The notes beneath the pieces are model-generated. The model worked only from the letters and a program-made list of their open reading frames with translations, had not been told where the DNA came from and ran no database searches. Of a DNA stretch of 45,489 bases, positions 18,743 through 27,438 are shown one piece after another (positions within the stretch are counted from its first letter, which is position 1; every line of letters begins with the position of its first letter). This stretch comes from Candidatus Natronoplasma sp. (lineage in GTDB: Archaea; Thermoplasmatota; Thermoplasmata; Halarchaeoplasmatales; Halarchaeoplasmataceae). The stretch covers positions 1-45,489 of the forward strand of contig JBMCEH010000002.1 of assembly GCA_048620775.1 (NCBI GenBank), given 5' to 3'. The position numbers and the translations under genes were made by a program.

Positions 18743-19090
18743 TCATTCTTTTCCCTCCTGTGAAGTGATATCTATACCTACAGCTCTTTTTATCTTGCCT
18801 TTAAGAGGATCCTCCTTATCTTCTAAAGGACCTTCTTTATCGGGTATCTCTACAATGATAGGATAAATCGTTCCCTTTCTTTCTCTCTCTTTTCCCTGAA
18901 TATGCTCTCTTATCTCTTCTGCTATACCCTCTGATAATAATATGACGCCTACATCCGGCGACTCTAACAGCTTATTTATTCTTTTTTTGCTTTCATATTC
19001 GTCAGTTGGAGTAAAAGTTTCGTCTATGCCAGCAAGGGAAAAACCCAATGTCATATCCTTTTTCCCGACCACTACTACCTTCTTTTTCAT
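18743..19090 (-). CDS. atpF: A-type ATP synthase subunit F
   Basis: 115 aa. Starts VVVGKKDMTLGFSLAGI... ILLSEGIAEEI. Sits between atpC and atpA with a 4-nt overlap on atpC. Confidence 0.8.
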   Translation of the reverse strand: MKKKVVVVGKKDMTLGFSLAGIDETFTPTDEYESKKRINKLLESPDVGVILLSEGIAEEIREHIQGKERERKGTIYPIIVEIPDKEGPLEDKEDPLKGKIKRAVGIDITSQEGKE

Positions 19091-20220
19091 ATATTATCCT
19101 CCAGGATCATCAACTCTTTGACTCTTATCGGATCAACATCTTCTTTTATCCCACGAATCAGAGCTCTCATGTTTCTCAGTTCTAACTCCTTTCCCACAAG
19201 ATATTTCAAAGTAGGTCCTACAGTAAGGATATGTTGATTGTTGAGTTCTGTAACCATTTTGAGTAATTTTTTATCTAGGTAATGTTCAAAATCAAACTTC
19301 TCATCTGACTGCATCTTATTCCTGATATCTTCATATGATGTCCCTTCCAATTGGACTAGAGCTTCGTCAATATTGGTAGATTCGGCCATCTCTTCTAACT
19401 TCCATTCCGGTAATTCTCTCCCTTTAGGTAAAATGCAATCCTTCAGCCTTTCGCTTTGAATTTCTTCTCTGATCCCTCTCAATATTATTTTGATATTTAG
19501 AAGATCGACATATCTTCCGAAAAAATACCTGACAGGAGCTCTTTGCTCAGACTCTACTTTGAATATACCCTCCTTCAACTTATTGAAGGCGTATTTGTCT
19601 AAGGTAACATCGAGTTCGAAGGGCTTTTCTTCCCATTCCTTCTTTTCCAGAACCTCTTCGAGTTCCGTGCCTCTTAATATAGAAAGGGCTTCCTGCAGAT
19701 TTCTAGCGGAGCTGAGGTCATCTATAACTTTTTCATTTATTTCTTTAACCGGATAAAGTCGGTCCTCTACTTCTTCTAATCTATCTTCCTTTATCGCTTT
19801 GATAGCGCGTTTTGCCATCTTCACATCATATCTCGAAAGCCAAGCTTTAGTGAACCTTTTTGTCTCATCTGGAGAAGTCCTGTGAGCCTTTTTCATCAGC
19901 TCAATATTTTTATTCTCAAGTTCTTTTTCGACTTTATCGATATCTTCTCTCGCTTCTTTAGAAATTTCATATCCATCCTCCTCTAGTTCTGAATAGACTT
20001 CATTCAAATTACCTCCTTCCACCAGATCGGATATTTTTTTTTCTTTCAAATAAGGATTTCCACTTGATCGGAAGACCGCATTGGGGTAGGTAAAATTGGC
20101 TATGCTTATAACCACTCGGTAATAACTCATGAAGAGGATTATCACCAGCAGTAGAGCTAAACCGATGATCAAGAAAACGAAGTTAGTCATCCCTATACTA
20201 TCTATGAGATCTTCTAACAC
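19087..20220 (-). CDS. atpC: A-type ATP synthase subunit C (V-type d homolog), possibly with N-terminal hydrophobic extension
   Basis: Operon position and helical-repeat composition fit. FTYPNAVFRSSG aligns with the usual YAYxNARVR start region. GTG at 20220 abuts the atpE stop; alternative starts are ATG 20190 and Met31. Confidence 0.78.
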   Translation of the reverse strand: MLEDLIDSIGMTNFVFLIIGLALLLVIILFMSYYRVVISIANFTYPNAVFRSSGNPYLKEKKISDLVEGGNLNEVYSELEEDGYEISKEAREDIDKVEKELENKNIELMKKAHRTSPDETKRFTKAWLSRYDVKMAKRAIKAIKEDRLEEVEDRLYPVKEINEKVIDDLSSARNLQEALSILRGTELEEVLEKKEWEEKPFELDVTLDKYAFNKLKEGIFKVESEQRAPVRYFFGRYVDLLNIKIILRGIREEIQSERLKDCILPKGRELPEWKLEEMAESTNIDEALVQLEGTSYEDIRNKMQSDEKFDFEHYLDKKLLKMVTELNNQHILTVGPTLKYLVGKELELRNMRALIRGIKEDVDPIRVKELMILEDNI

Positions 20221-20811
20221 TTACTCTTCCTCCGGAAATAATATATCAGATATTTCTTTTCTGAGCTGCTTTTTCTTTCGTTCAATATTTGCTTCAAAAG
20301 TCAAGTCTATGGTCGCTCCTTTATCTGAAACTGCCTTTACACCGCCGATTGAGTTTAGATCACCGATAACTTTCAGAGAAGAATCTATCTTTTTTGCGAT
20401 ATCTTTCACTTGATCTTCTGATTCTTTTGGACAGTGGATCTCTACTTCGCCATCTAGCAGCTCTCTAGATTTTTCTATCGACTCTTCGAGATATTCATCA
20501 TAATCTTCGGGATCCATCTCTCTCAATTTTTTTCTGCTGTTATCCAAAACTCTCTCGATCATCTCTTCCCTGATATTCAACCTTTTCTTTCTAGATTCCA
20601 ATTCCGCTTGGGATATGATCCTGTTCTTCAACGTTTTTATCTCTCTTTCTTTTTCCTTCTCTATTTCGTTCAATCTCCTTTCTTTTTCCCGTTCTATTTC
20701 TTCTCTGATCTCTTCGGCTTTTTCTTTCTCTTTTTCCATTATGGTGTCAATCTTGTTTTGAACGTCTGCTTTTATCTTCTCTACGATCTTTTCTACTGAA
20801 ATCTCTCTCAC
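20221..20811 (-). CDS. atpE: A-type ATP synthase subunit E (peripheral stalk)
   Basis: 196 aa. Long charged N-terminal coiled coil plus a globular C-terminus. Sits in the expected operon slot. Confidence 0.8.
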   Translation of the reverse strand: MREISVEKIVEKIKADVQNKIDTIMEKEKEKAEEIREEIEREKERRLNEIEKEKEREIKTLKNRIISQAELESRKKRLNIREEMIERVLDNSRKKLREMDPEDYDEYLEESIEKSRELLDGEVEIHCPKESEDQVKDIAKKIDSSLKVIGDLNSIGGVKAVSDKGATIDLTFEANIERKKKQLRKEISDILFPEEE

Positions 20812-22196
20812 CCCATGAATCCAAGTGAGACTATGATTAATATTGCCACCAATAATCCGAATATCGCGAAAGTCTCTGACATAACGCTGAATATCATGCC
20901 TTTTCCGAATGTTTCTTCTCTGTTAGCCACGGCAGCTATAGCAGAACCTGAGGTGATACCTTGGCCTATACCTGAGATACCCGCAATACCGATAGAAAGA
21001 CCTGCTCCTACCGCGGCGATCCCCATTCCCATCGTCATCGTTGGCTCATCTCCCATCATACCGCTGAATACGATCAGGAGAATGCCTATCAGAAGGCCAT
21101 AAATTGCCTGGGTTTCAGGAAGAACTGAAAAGACCATACTTCTACCGAACATGGTCTCATCTTCCGCGACTGTAGCGATACCACTGGCAGAAGCAATACC
21201 CTGTCCAATACCAGAAAGTCCAGCAATACCTACAGAGAGTCCAGCTCCGATGCCGACAAGACCAACAGGAACATCTATTCCAGCCATGGCATCGCCTCCT
21301 CCTAACAGACCGCTGAATATCATAAGCAAGATCGATAAGAGTAATCCATAGATAGCTTGGGTTTCAGGAAGCACTGAAAAGACCATACCTCTACCGAACA
21401 TTTCGCTGTCCTCTGCCACAGTAGCTATCCCACTAGCTGAAGAGATGCCCTGACCTATAGCAGATAATCCAGCAAGACCGACCGCCAATCCTATCCCTAC
21501 AGCCATGATACCGACAGGTATCGGAATAGCACCGCCCCCTCCGATCACACCGGTGAAAAGTAAGATCAAGATGGCCACGAGAAGACCATAGATAGCCTGA
21601 GTCTGTGGTAGCGCCTGAAATACCAGTGATAAGCCGAACTTGTCTGGTTTTTCAGCGATAGTACCTGCACCGGCCGCACCGGCTATACCGACACCTATCC
21701 CGGCGCCCATGCCGGCAATACCTACTGCGAGTCCGGCTCCTACGGTGGCCAAGAACATACCTCTCTGATCTTCTTCTACTATAATTGTAAGATCGTCTGT
21801 GAGATTGTCTTCATCTTCTATATCGACTAACACATTAAATTCATATTCGCCATATTCTCTAAAAGCGACTTCTATTTGATAATATCCGTCGTTCTCGTGT
21901 TCGGCTAGAACATTCTTAGTGAACCCCTCTTCTTCAGGGAAAGTCCAATTGATATTCGTTATGTTGTTATCAACTTGACTTAGGTCAACACTGAGCACAG
22001 CTCTTACTGATTTATCTGGTTCCAAACTGAGCGTCGTTTCCTTCCCTAGGTCTTGGCCATTCACAAGGATTCCAGTAGCATCTTCACTCTGTCCTTCCAC
22101 CGATCCTATCGAGGAAGTAAATCCTAGACTGAACACCAGTGCTACGATTAGTAAAGCTATCAATAATCTTTTTCCAAACTTCGATTTCATATTCAT
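20808..22196 (-). CDS. atpK: A-type ATP synthase proteolipid subunit K/c: fusion of signal peptide, acidic ectodomain and four c hairpins
   Basis: ATGA overlaps with atpI and atpE. aa 146-462 hold four Gly/Ala-rich hairpins ending LPQTQAIYGLL, LPETQAIYGLL, LPETQAIYGLL and MSETFAIFGLL. aa 1-35 look like a signal peptide. aa 36-145 are acidic and beta-rich. Confidence 0.9.
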   Translation of the reverse strand: MNMKSKFGKRLLIALLIVALVFSLGFTSSIGSVEGQSEDATGILVNGQDLGKETTLSLEPDKSVRAVLSVDLSQVDNNITNINWTFPEEEGFTKNVLAEHENDGYYQIEVAFREYGEYEFNVLVDIEDEDNLTDDLTIIVEEDQRGMFLATVGAGLAVGIAGMGAGIGVGIAGAAGAGTIAEKPDKFGLSLVFQALPQTQAIYGLLVAILILLFTGVIGGGGAIPIPVGIMAVGIGLAVGLAGLSAIGQGISSASGIATVAEDSEMFGRGMVFSVLPETQAIYGLLLSILLMIFSGLLGGGDAMAGIDVPVGLVGIGAGLSVGIAGLSGIGQGIASASGIATVAEDETMFGRSMVFSVLPETQAIYGLLIGILLIVFSGMMGDEPTMTMGMGIAAVGAGLSIGIAGISGIGQGITSGSAIAAVANREETFGKGMIFSVMSETFAIFGLLVAILIIVSLGFMG

Positions 22197-24337
22197 TTTG
22201 TCATCTCCTCCTTAGTTTTTAATTTTGTGTGTTTTCTTTCAAATTTAAAAGGTTCGAATTCCTTTCCTCCACCTTCGAAGAAATATCCAAAGAACTCAAC
22301 ATATTGAAGCCTGAGCGAATGGACAAAGGAACCTAAACCTTGAAGCGCGAGGTTTATAATATGGCCAGCAAAGAATACTAAAAGAGCTAATACGAAGAAT
22401 GGATATGAAGGATCTGCAAAACCCATCGCGCCAAGTATTATCAAAACTCCACCGACCCCTGTCATCTTATCACTTTTTTTCTTGATATGGCCATATAAAG
22501 CAACAATTGTGCCTATCGCCAATAGGGGCCAGACTATCAACATGCCTACATCTGCTCCAGCGACCAGATCAGTGATTACATTCACGGTAAGCCCTATTCC
22601 CGCAGTCGCCAATCCCAGGGCCAATATTCTTGAAAAAGACAAAAAGTCGCCTAAAAAGCCGGTCAACTCGAAGAAAGACAGTCCTTTAGCTCTAAGAGCT
22701 AAAAGGATTAGGCCGACAGCCCCCATTCCATAGGCTGCGTAGTTTACAGTAGATGTAAAGGTAAAATCTTCAACCATCATAGGAGCTATCAGTATAAATG
22801 CGGCGGGCTGCAACAACCACCATGATGTATTTTCAAGTATGATTCTTTTGTAATTCTTTCGTTTTATATGTTGGATCAATTGCAATACGAGCCCAATATT
22901 GATGTAGGTTATTCCAATAACCAAAGAGATGATTAGCAGTATGAGGGGTCCATCTCCTTCTAATGTTTCCAGTAAAGCAGGGGTCTCGATACCGAATCTA
23001 CCTATAAGGTTATGATAGTCATCTCTACCTGGTCCCATATAACCCCCTTGGATAAGACCAAAAAATATGGTGGAGAGCCCCGTTGCAAATAGAATCCAGC
23101 CGAAGTTCTTTATCCCCTCTTCTACCTTCCCAGGCCCTTTTATCATGACGATGGCTCCAACAGCTAGTATGAGACCGTAAATAAAATCTCCAAGCATCAA
23201 ACCGAAGAAAAGAACGAATGCAGGACCCACAATAATAGTTGGATCGACCTCGTCATATCTCGGAGGTGCGAACATCTTCGTTAAAAGCTCAAACGGCTTG
23301 ATAGGTTTTGGATTTTCTAGAGAGATGGGGACTTCATCTGGATCTACAGGTTCTTCATCGACGATTTCGGCGTGACCCTTAGCGCAATCTGAGATAACAT
23401 CTTCTACCTTTTCAATATCGTCTTCTTCAGCCCAGGCTTTTATCACGCTAGTCGTATCCGTACTGCCGAAATTCTGGACAATCTCTTTTTTATCCCTATA
23501 TATATTCAACTCTTCTCTTAACACCTGGTATTTTTTCTCCCAATCCTCTTTATATTCTCTCAGATCATCGACAATCGAGTCGCGTCGTTCCTTCAACTTT
23601 TTAAGACCCTTTTTTACCCTTGCGAGAGCCTCTTTTGGATCCCCTTTAAGCTCCTCTAACTTGAGTGGCCTAAAATCTCCTTCTTTGAGAGCCCTTTCGT
23701 ATCCCTCTTTCTCCCCTAAATAAGCCCCAGTCAATACGAGATATTCCTCCTCTGTCTTTCCGGTCTTAGAGAAAAAAGCACTTTCTAATTCCTCTAAGGC
23801 ACTTTTCAACTTAGTGGGGTTTTTTGTTTTTCCTAGTCGTAGAACGGAAAAAGTTGATTCACCAAGCGAACTCAATTCTATATCGATATCTATGATGATA
23901 TTGAGGGCTTTTTCTTTTTCTTTCAGATCTTTTATCTTATCTTTTATCTCTGTGAGTTCGGAATTCAATTCCTTGATCTCTTTACCATTTTCTTCTAGGA
24001 GATTATCTACTTCATCGAATAGATCATCTAATGGTTTCTTTTCCCTTTCAATCTTTTCGGGTTCAGGTGGATTCAAAAATTCTTTTATGCTTGTTTCTCC
24101 TTCTTCTTCTATCCTTTCAAATATATCTATAATAGAGGACAATCTCATCTCATAATCCGTGAAATCTGTGATGATTTCAGGTATATTTTTTTCCTCTATG
24201 AGCTCTTTTACATCCTCGTCTCTATCTACTGAATCTATTTCGACAACACTCTCGTCTTGAAGAGAATCCACGACCTCATGGGTATAATTTTTATGGACAA
24301 GGATCGTGAGGTCTTTCATCATCTTTGGAAACAGCAA
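22193..24337 (-). CDS. atpI: A-type ATP synthase subunit I (stator a-subunit homolog)
   Basis: 714 aa. Soluble coiled N-terminal half and a polytopic C-terminal half containing the conserved Arg region (SFSRILALG). Confidence 0.9.
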   Translation of the reverse strand: MLFPKMMKDLTILVHKNYTHEVVDSLQDESVVEIDSVDRDEDVKELIEEKNIPEIITDFTDYEMRLSSIIDIFERIEEEGETSIKEFLNPPEPEKIEREKKPLDDLFDEVDNLLEENGKEIKELNSELTEIKDKIKDLKEKEKALNIIIDIDIELSSLGESTFSVLRLGKTKNPTKLKSALEELESAFFSKTGKTEEEYLVLTGAYLGEKEGYERALKEGDFRPLKLEELKGDPKEALARVKKGLKKLKERRDSIVDDLREYKEDWEKKYQVLREELNIYRDKKEIVQNFGSTDTTSVIKAWAEEDDIEKVEDVISDCAKGHAEIVDEEPVDPDEVPISLENPKPIKPFELLTKMFAPPRYDEVDPTIIVGPAFVLFFGLMLGDFIYGLILAVGAIVMIKGPGKVEEGIKNFGWILFATGLSTIFFGLIQGGYMGPGRDDYHNLIGRFGIETPALLETLEGDGPLILLIISLVIGITYINIGLVLQLIQHIKRKNYKRIILENTSWWLLQPAAFILIAPMMVEDFTFTSTVNYAAYGMGAVGLILLALRAKGLSFFELTGFLGDFLSFSRILALGLATAGIGLTVNVITDLVAGADVGMLIVWPLLAIGTIVALYGHIKKKSDKMTGVGGVLIILGAMGFADPSYPFFVLALLVFFAGHIINLALQGLGSFVHSLRLQYVEFFGYFFEGGGKEFEPFKFERKHTKLKTKEEMTK

Positions 24338-24341
24338 ATGT

Positions 24342-24656
24342 TCATACCTCCATTACCTCTTTCAGGACGTGATCTACGGCCCTGGATATATTTTCTTTAG
24401 TCGAACTTCTTATTTTCTCTGCTTCTTTTTCTCCTCTCTCCCTTATTTTTTCAGACTTGTTTTCGGCTTCTTTCTTAACTTCTTTCTTTTTTTCTTTTAA
24501 CTCTTTCCTCAGCGAAAACAGAGCATCTTCTTTCTCCTGATGTGCTTTTTCTTTAGCCTCTTGTACCATCTTTTCGCCTTTCTTTTTGGCCTTTTCCACT
24601 TTTTTAAGGCCTTGTTTTTCAGCCTTCTTTATCTTCTTGATTTCTTTAACAGACAC
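24342..24656 (-). CDS. atpH: A-type ATP synthase subunit H (peripheral stalk)
   Basis: 104 aa, Lys/Glu-rich coiled coil. First gene of the operon, 4 nt upstream of atpI. Confidence 0.7.
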   Translation of the reverse strand: MSVKEIKKIKKAEKQGLKKVEKAKKKGEKMVQEAKEKAHQEKEDALFSLRKELKEKKKEVKKEAENKSEKIRERGEKEAEKIRSSTKENISRAVDHVLKEVMEV

Positions 24657-24777
24657 GTTATGACCCCGGAGGATTTTTTAGATGCTTTTATGTCGGATAG
24701 ATTTGTAGATGAAAATTGGATATAAGTATTTTGGTATATTTGATCTCTGCGTGTTCTTTTCCATCCTTTGATAGACC

Positions 24778-25419
24778 TCACCCTAGACTGATCGCAACGT
24801 CCAAAGCTTTAGCACCTTCAGCCAGGGACGCTACCGGATTCAAGTCTATATCGTTTATTTCATCGACGTGGTATATCAGATCCCCGACTCGAGAGGTCAT
24901 TTCCGCCAAGGCATTCAAGTCTTTACAACCTTGCCCTCGCGCGCCGGTCAGCAGGGGAAAAGAATTTATCTCTGCCATCATCCGATGTGCTTCTTCGATG
25001 GATATGGGAGCGACTCTGAATTCTACGTCTTCGAATATTTCCACGTAGATCCCTCCAAACCCGAACATCACTACTGGACCGAAAGTGGGATCCATCATCC
25101 CACCTATCACGACTTCAACACCGCCTTCGACCATCTCCGCAACGGAAATACCTCTTATGTTCGCATCGGGTTTTCTATTTTTGACCCTTGAATGTATTGC
25201 CTGATAGGCATCTTCGACTTCTTTTTTGGTCTCAAGACCTACAGCAATACCGCCGACGTCCATCTTGTGGACTATGTCCTCCGAGACCACTTTGAGTACT
25301 ACGGGATAACCGATACTTTCTGCCGCATCTAAACAGTCTTCTAGATTTCTAACTATCTTACCTTTAGCCATCGAGATGCCCGCGATTTGGAGAACTTTAC
25401 GCATTTCGCTTTCGATCAA
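24778..25419 (-). CDS. ADP-forming acetyl-CoA synthetase beta (ATP-grasp) domain protein; true 5' end unresolved
   Basis: IGYPVVLKVVSEDIVHKMDVGGIAV, GPVVMFGFGGIYVEIFEDVEFRVAPI and LLTGARG parallel the C-terminal domain of the 707-aa ACD at 28474-30597. The first canonical start is TTG 25419. The frame stays open up to the TGA at 25540-25542. Confidence 0.8.
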   Translation of the reverse strand: MIESEMRKVLQIAGISMAKGKIVRNLEDCLDAAESIGYPVVLKVVSEDIVHKMDVGGIAVGLETKKEVEDAYQAIHSRVKNRKPDANIRGISVAEMVEGGVEVVIGGMMDPTFGPVVMFGFGGIYVEIFEDVEFRVAPISIEEAHRMMAEINSFPLLTGARGQGCKDLNALAEMTSRVGDLIYHVDEINDIDLNPVASLAEGAKALDVAISLG

Positions 25420-25539
25420 CTGATGTCTTCCATCATCTCCTGCTTCTTCGATTATCTCTTTGATCCCGTTAAAATCGATCTCCCAATCTTTTTCGATTTT
25501 TTCTTCTATACACTCCTCATCGCTTATTATCTTCTCACC

Positions 25540-27378
25540 TCATTTGAACCTCATCTTTAAGATTATCTCTCCGAATTCTCTTCTTTTTTCTATATCATAA
25601 CCCATCTTTTCGAAGACTCTCAACATCTTCTTATTGTCCGCGAGTACTTCGGCTGTAAATCCGTAAAGACCCTGATCCTGAGCGATCATGGTCAGATATT
25701 CAAGGAGTCTAGTTCCTATTCCCTGACCTTGGTACTCGTCTCTTATCATGAAGGAGACTTCAGCAACATATTGTCCTTCTTTGATCCGATAATCTCCGAC
25801 TCCTACCATCCTGTGAGGCCCATCGATTTCGGTATCTATTACTACGATAGCCATCTCCTTATTATAATTCAACTGGACGAACTCCTGCCTTCTCTCGTGA
25901 GGCATGTCCTTTCGAGCGCTCATGAAACGTTTATATCGGCTTTCATCAGAAAGCGAGTAGAATAAGTCCTTTAGAAGTTCATCGTCAGTAGGTTTCATCG
26001 GCCGGAACACGAATTCTTTGCCCTCGATCTCAACGTAATCTTTGTATTCATCTGGGTATCTCCCTCCTTCACCAACTACAAGCATCTGATCTTTATAAAC
26101 AAGGTTATGTTCCTTCGCTTTTTTGAGAAGTTCTTCTCTAAACTTTGGATGGGCTATATTTATGAGTTCCATGGCTCGGTTTCGAATATTTTTCCCTTTC
26201 AGATAAGCAGTACCGTATTCAGTCACTACATACTCTACATCTCCTCTCGTAGTAACTACCCCAGCGCCTTCATCTAGAGATGGAACGATCCTTGAAACCT
26301 CTCCATCTTGAGCGGTCGATGAAAGGGCGATGATCGATTTTCCATCCTCCGCATATCCTGCTCCTCTCATAAAATCAGCGTGACCACCGATACCGCTGTA
26401 GAAGCTGTAACCTAACGAGTCGGCACAGACCTGGCCCGTGAGGTCTACCTGTAAGGCGGTGTTTATCGCGGTCATCTTGTGATTTTTTGCTATGTTAAAA
26501 GGATCGTTGGTATAATCAGAGGGATGAAGTTCTATGGAGGGATTGTCATCTACGAAATCATATAGATCTTTAGTGCCCATCAAAAATGAAGCTATGCTCT
26601 TTCCTGGATGTATGCTCTTTTCTTTATTGGTTATGATCCCGTCTTTGATTAACTCAGCAAGGTCTTCTGATAACATCTCCGTATGAATACCAAGATTTTC
26701 CTCTTCTTCAAGATGAGATAAAATAGCATTAGGTATCTCTCCATAACCGACCTGTATTGTAGCTCCGTCCTCGATCAAGGGGCTTACATTATCAGCTATT
26801 TCTTCTGCTTTCTCGCTGGGAAATATAGGATCGAATTCCAAGAGTTCTTCCTCATGATGTACCAAATAATCTACATCATCTACATGTATGAAGGAATCTC
26901 CGTGAACTCTAGGCATATGGGGGTTCACTTGTCCTATGACGATCTTTGAGTTTTTCACAGCTGATTTTATTATATCTACAGCGATACCAAGACTCATCCA
27001 CCCGTGTTCGTCTGGGGGAGACAATTGAACCAAAGCCGCATCCAAAGGAACCCTCTTACTCCTGAACAGTTTGGGGATATCTTTCATAAATATAGGAGTA
27101 TAATCGGCTCTCCCCTCGGCTACAGCGTCCCTCGTGTTGTCGTCTACGAAAAAAGCATTGTGCCTGAAACGGTCTTCAAATTTATCCTCAGTGTAGGGTG
27201 CGACGCCCAAAGTCTGTATGTGAAATATTTCTGTATCGTAAAACTGATTGGCTAGATCGGTCAAATTTTTGACGAGGTACTGAGGTTCAGCGGCCCCCGA
27301 TCCAACAAAAACTCTTTCACCTCTACCGATCTCTTTGATAGCTTTTTCAGCTTCCACATAATCTACATCATATACCAT
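25540..27378 (-). CDS. Acetyl-CoA hydrolase/CoA-transferase family domain fused to a Pat-type GNAT acetyltransferase domain
   Basis: The N-terminal ~430 aa resemble the 4-hydroxybutyrate/acetyl-CoA transferase family (GSGAAEPQ..., GIGGHADF). The C-terminal ~170 aa form a GNAT with SRYKRFMS and QGQGIGTRLLEYL. Confidence 0.78.
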   Translation of the reverse strand: MVYDVDYVEAEKAIKEIGRGERVFVGSGAAEPQYLVKNLTDLANQFYDTEIFHIQTLGVAPYTEDKFEDRFRHNAFFVDDNTRDAVAEGRADYTPIFMKDIPKLFRSKRVPLDAALVQLSPPDEHGWMSLGIAVDIIKSAVKNSKIVIGQVNPHMPRVHGDSFIHVDDVDYLVHHEEELLEFDPIFPSEKAEEIADNVSPLIEDGATIQVGYGEIPNAILSHLEEEENLGIHTEMLSEDLAELIKDGIITNKEKSIHPGKSIASFLMGTKDLYDFVDDNPSIELHPSDYTNDPFNIAKNHKMTAINTALQVDLTGQVCADSLGYSFYSGIGGHADFMRGAGYAEDGKSIIALSSTAQDGEVSRIVPSLDEGAGVVTTRGDVEYVVTEYGTAYLKGKNIRNRAMELINIAHPKFREELLKKAKEHNLVYKDQMLVVGEGGRYPDEYKDYVEIEGKEFVFRPMKPTDDELLKDLFYSLSDESRYKRFMSARKDMPHERRQEFVQLNYNKEMAIVVIDTEIDGPHRMVGVGDYRIKEGQYVAEVSFMIRDEYQGQGIGTRLLEYLTMIAQDQGLYGFTAEVLADNKKMLRVFEKMGYDIEKRREFGEIILKMRFK

Positions 27379-27438
27379 CTATCATCAATCCTTTTTTTCC
27401 GCATCAGAGAGAGACGGTTACTAATTCGAAGGGTCTTT

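Noticed and set aside
25540-25542. Genome-wide reassignment of TGA as a sense codon
   Set aside because: TGA clearly terminates the YchF-like gene (1627-1629, with the next gene starting at 1633) and polB (4027-4029). Any readthrough at 25540 would have to be local.
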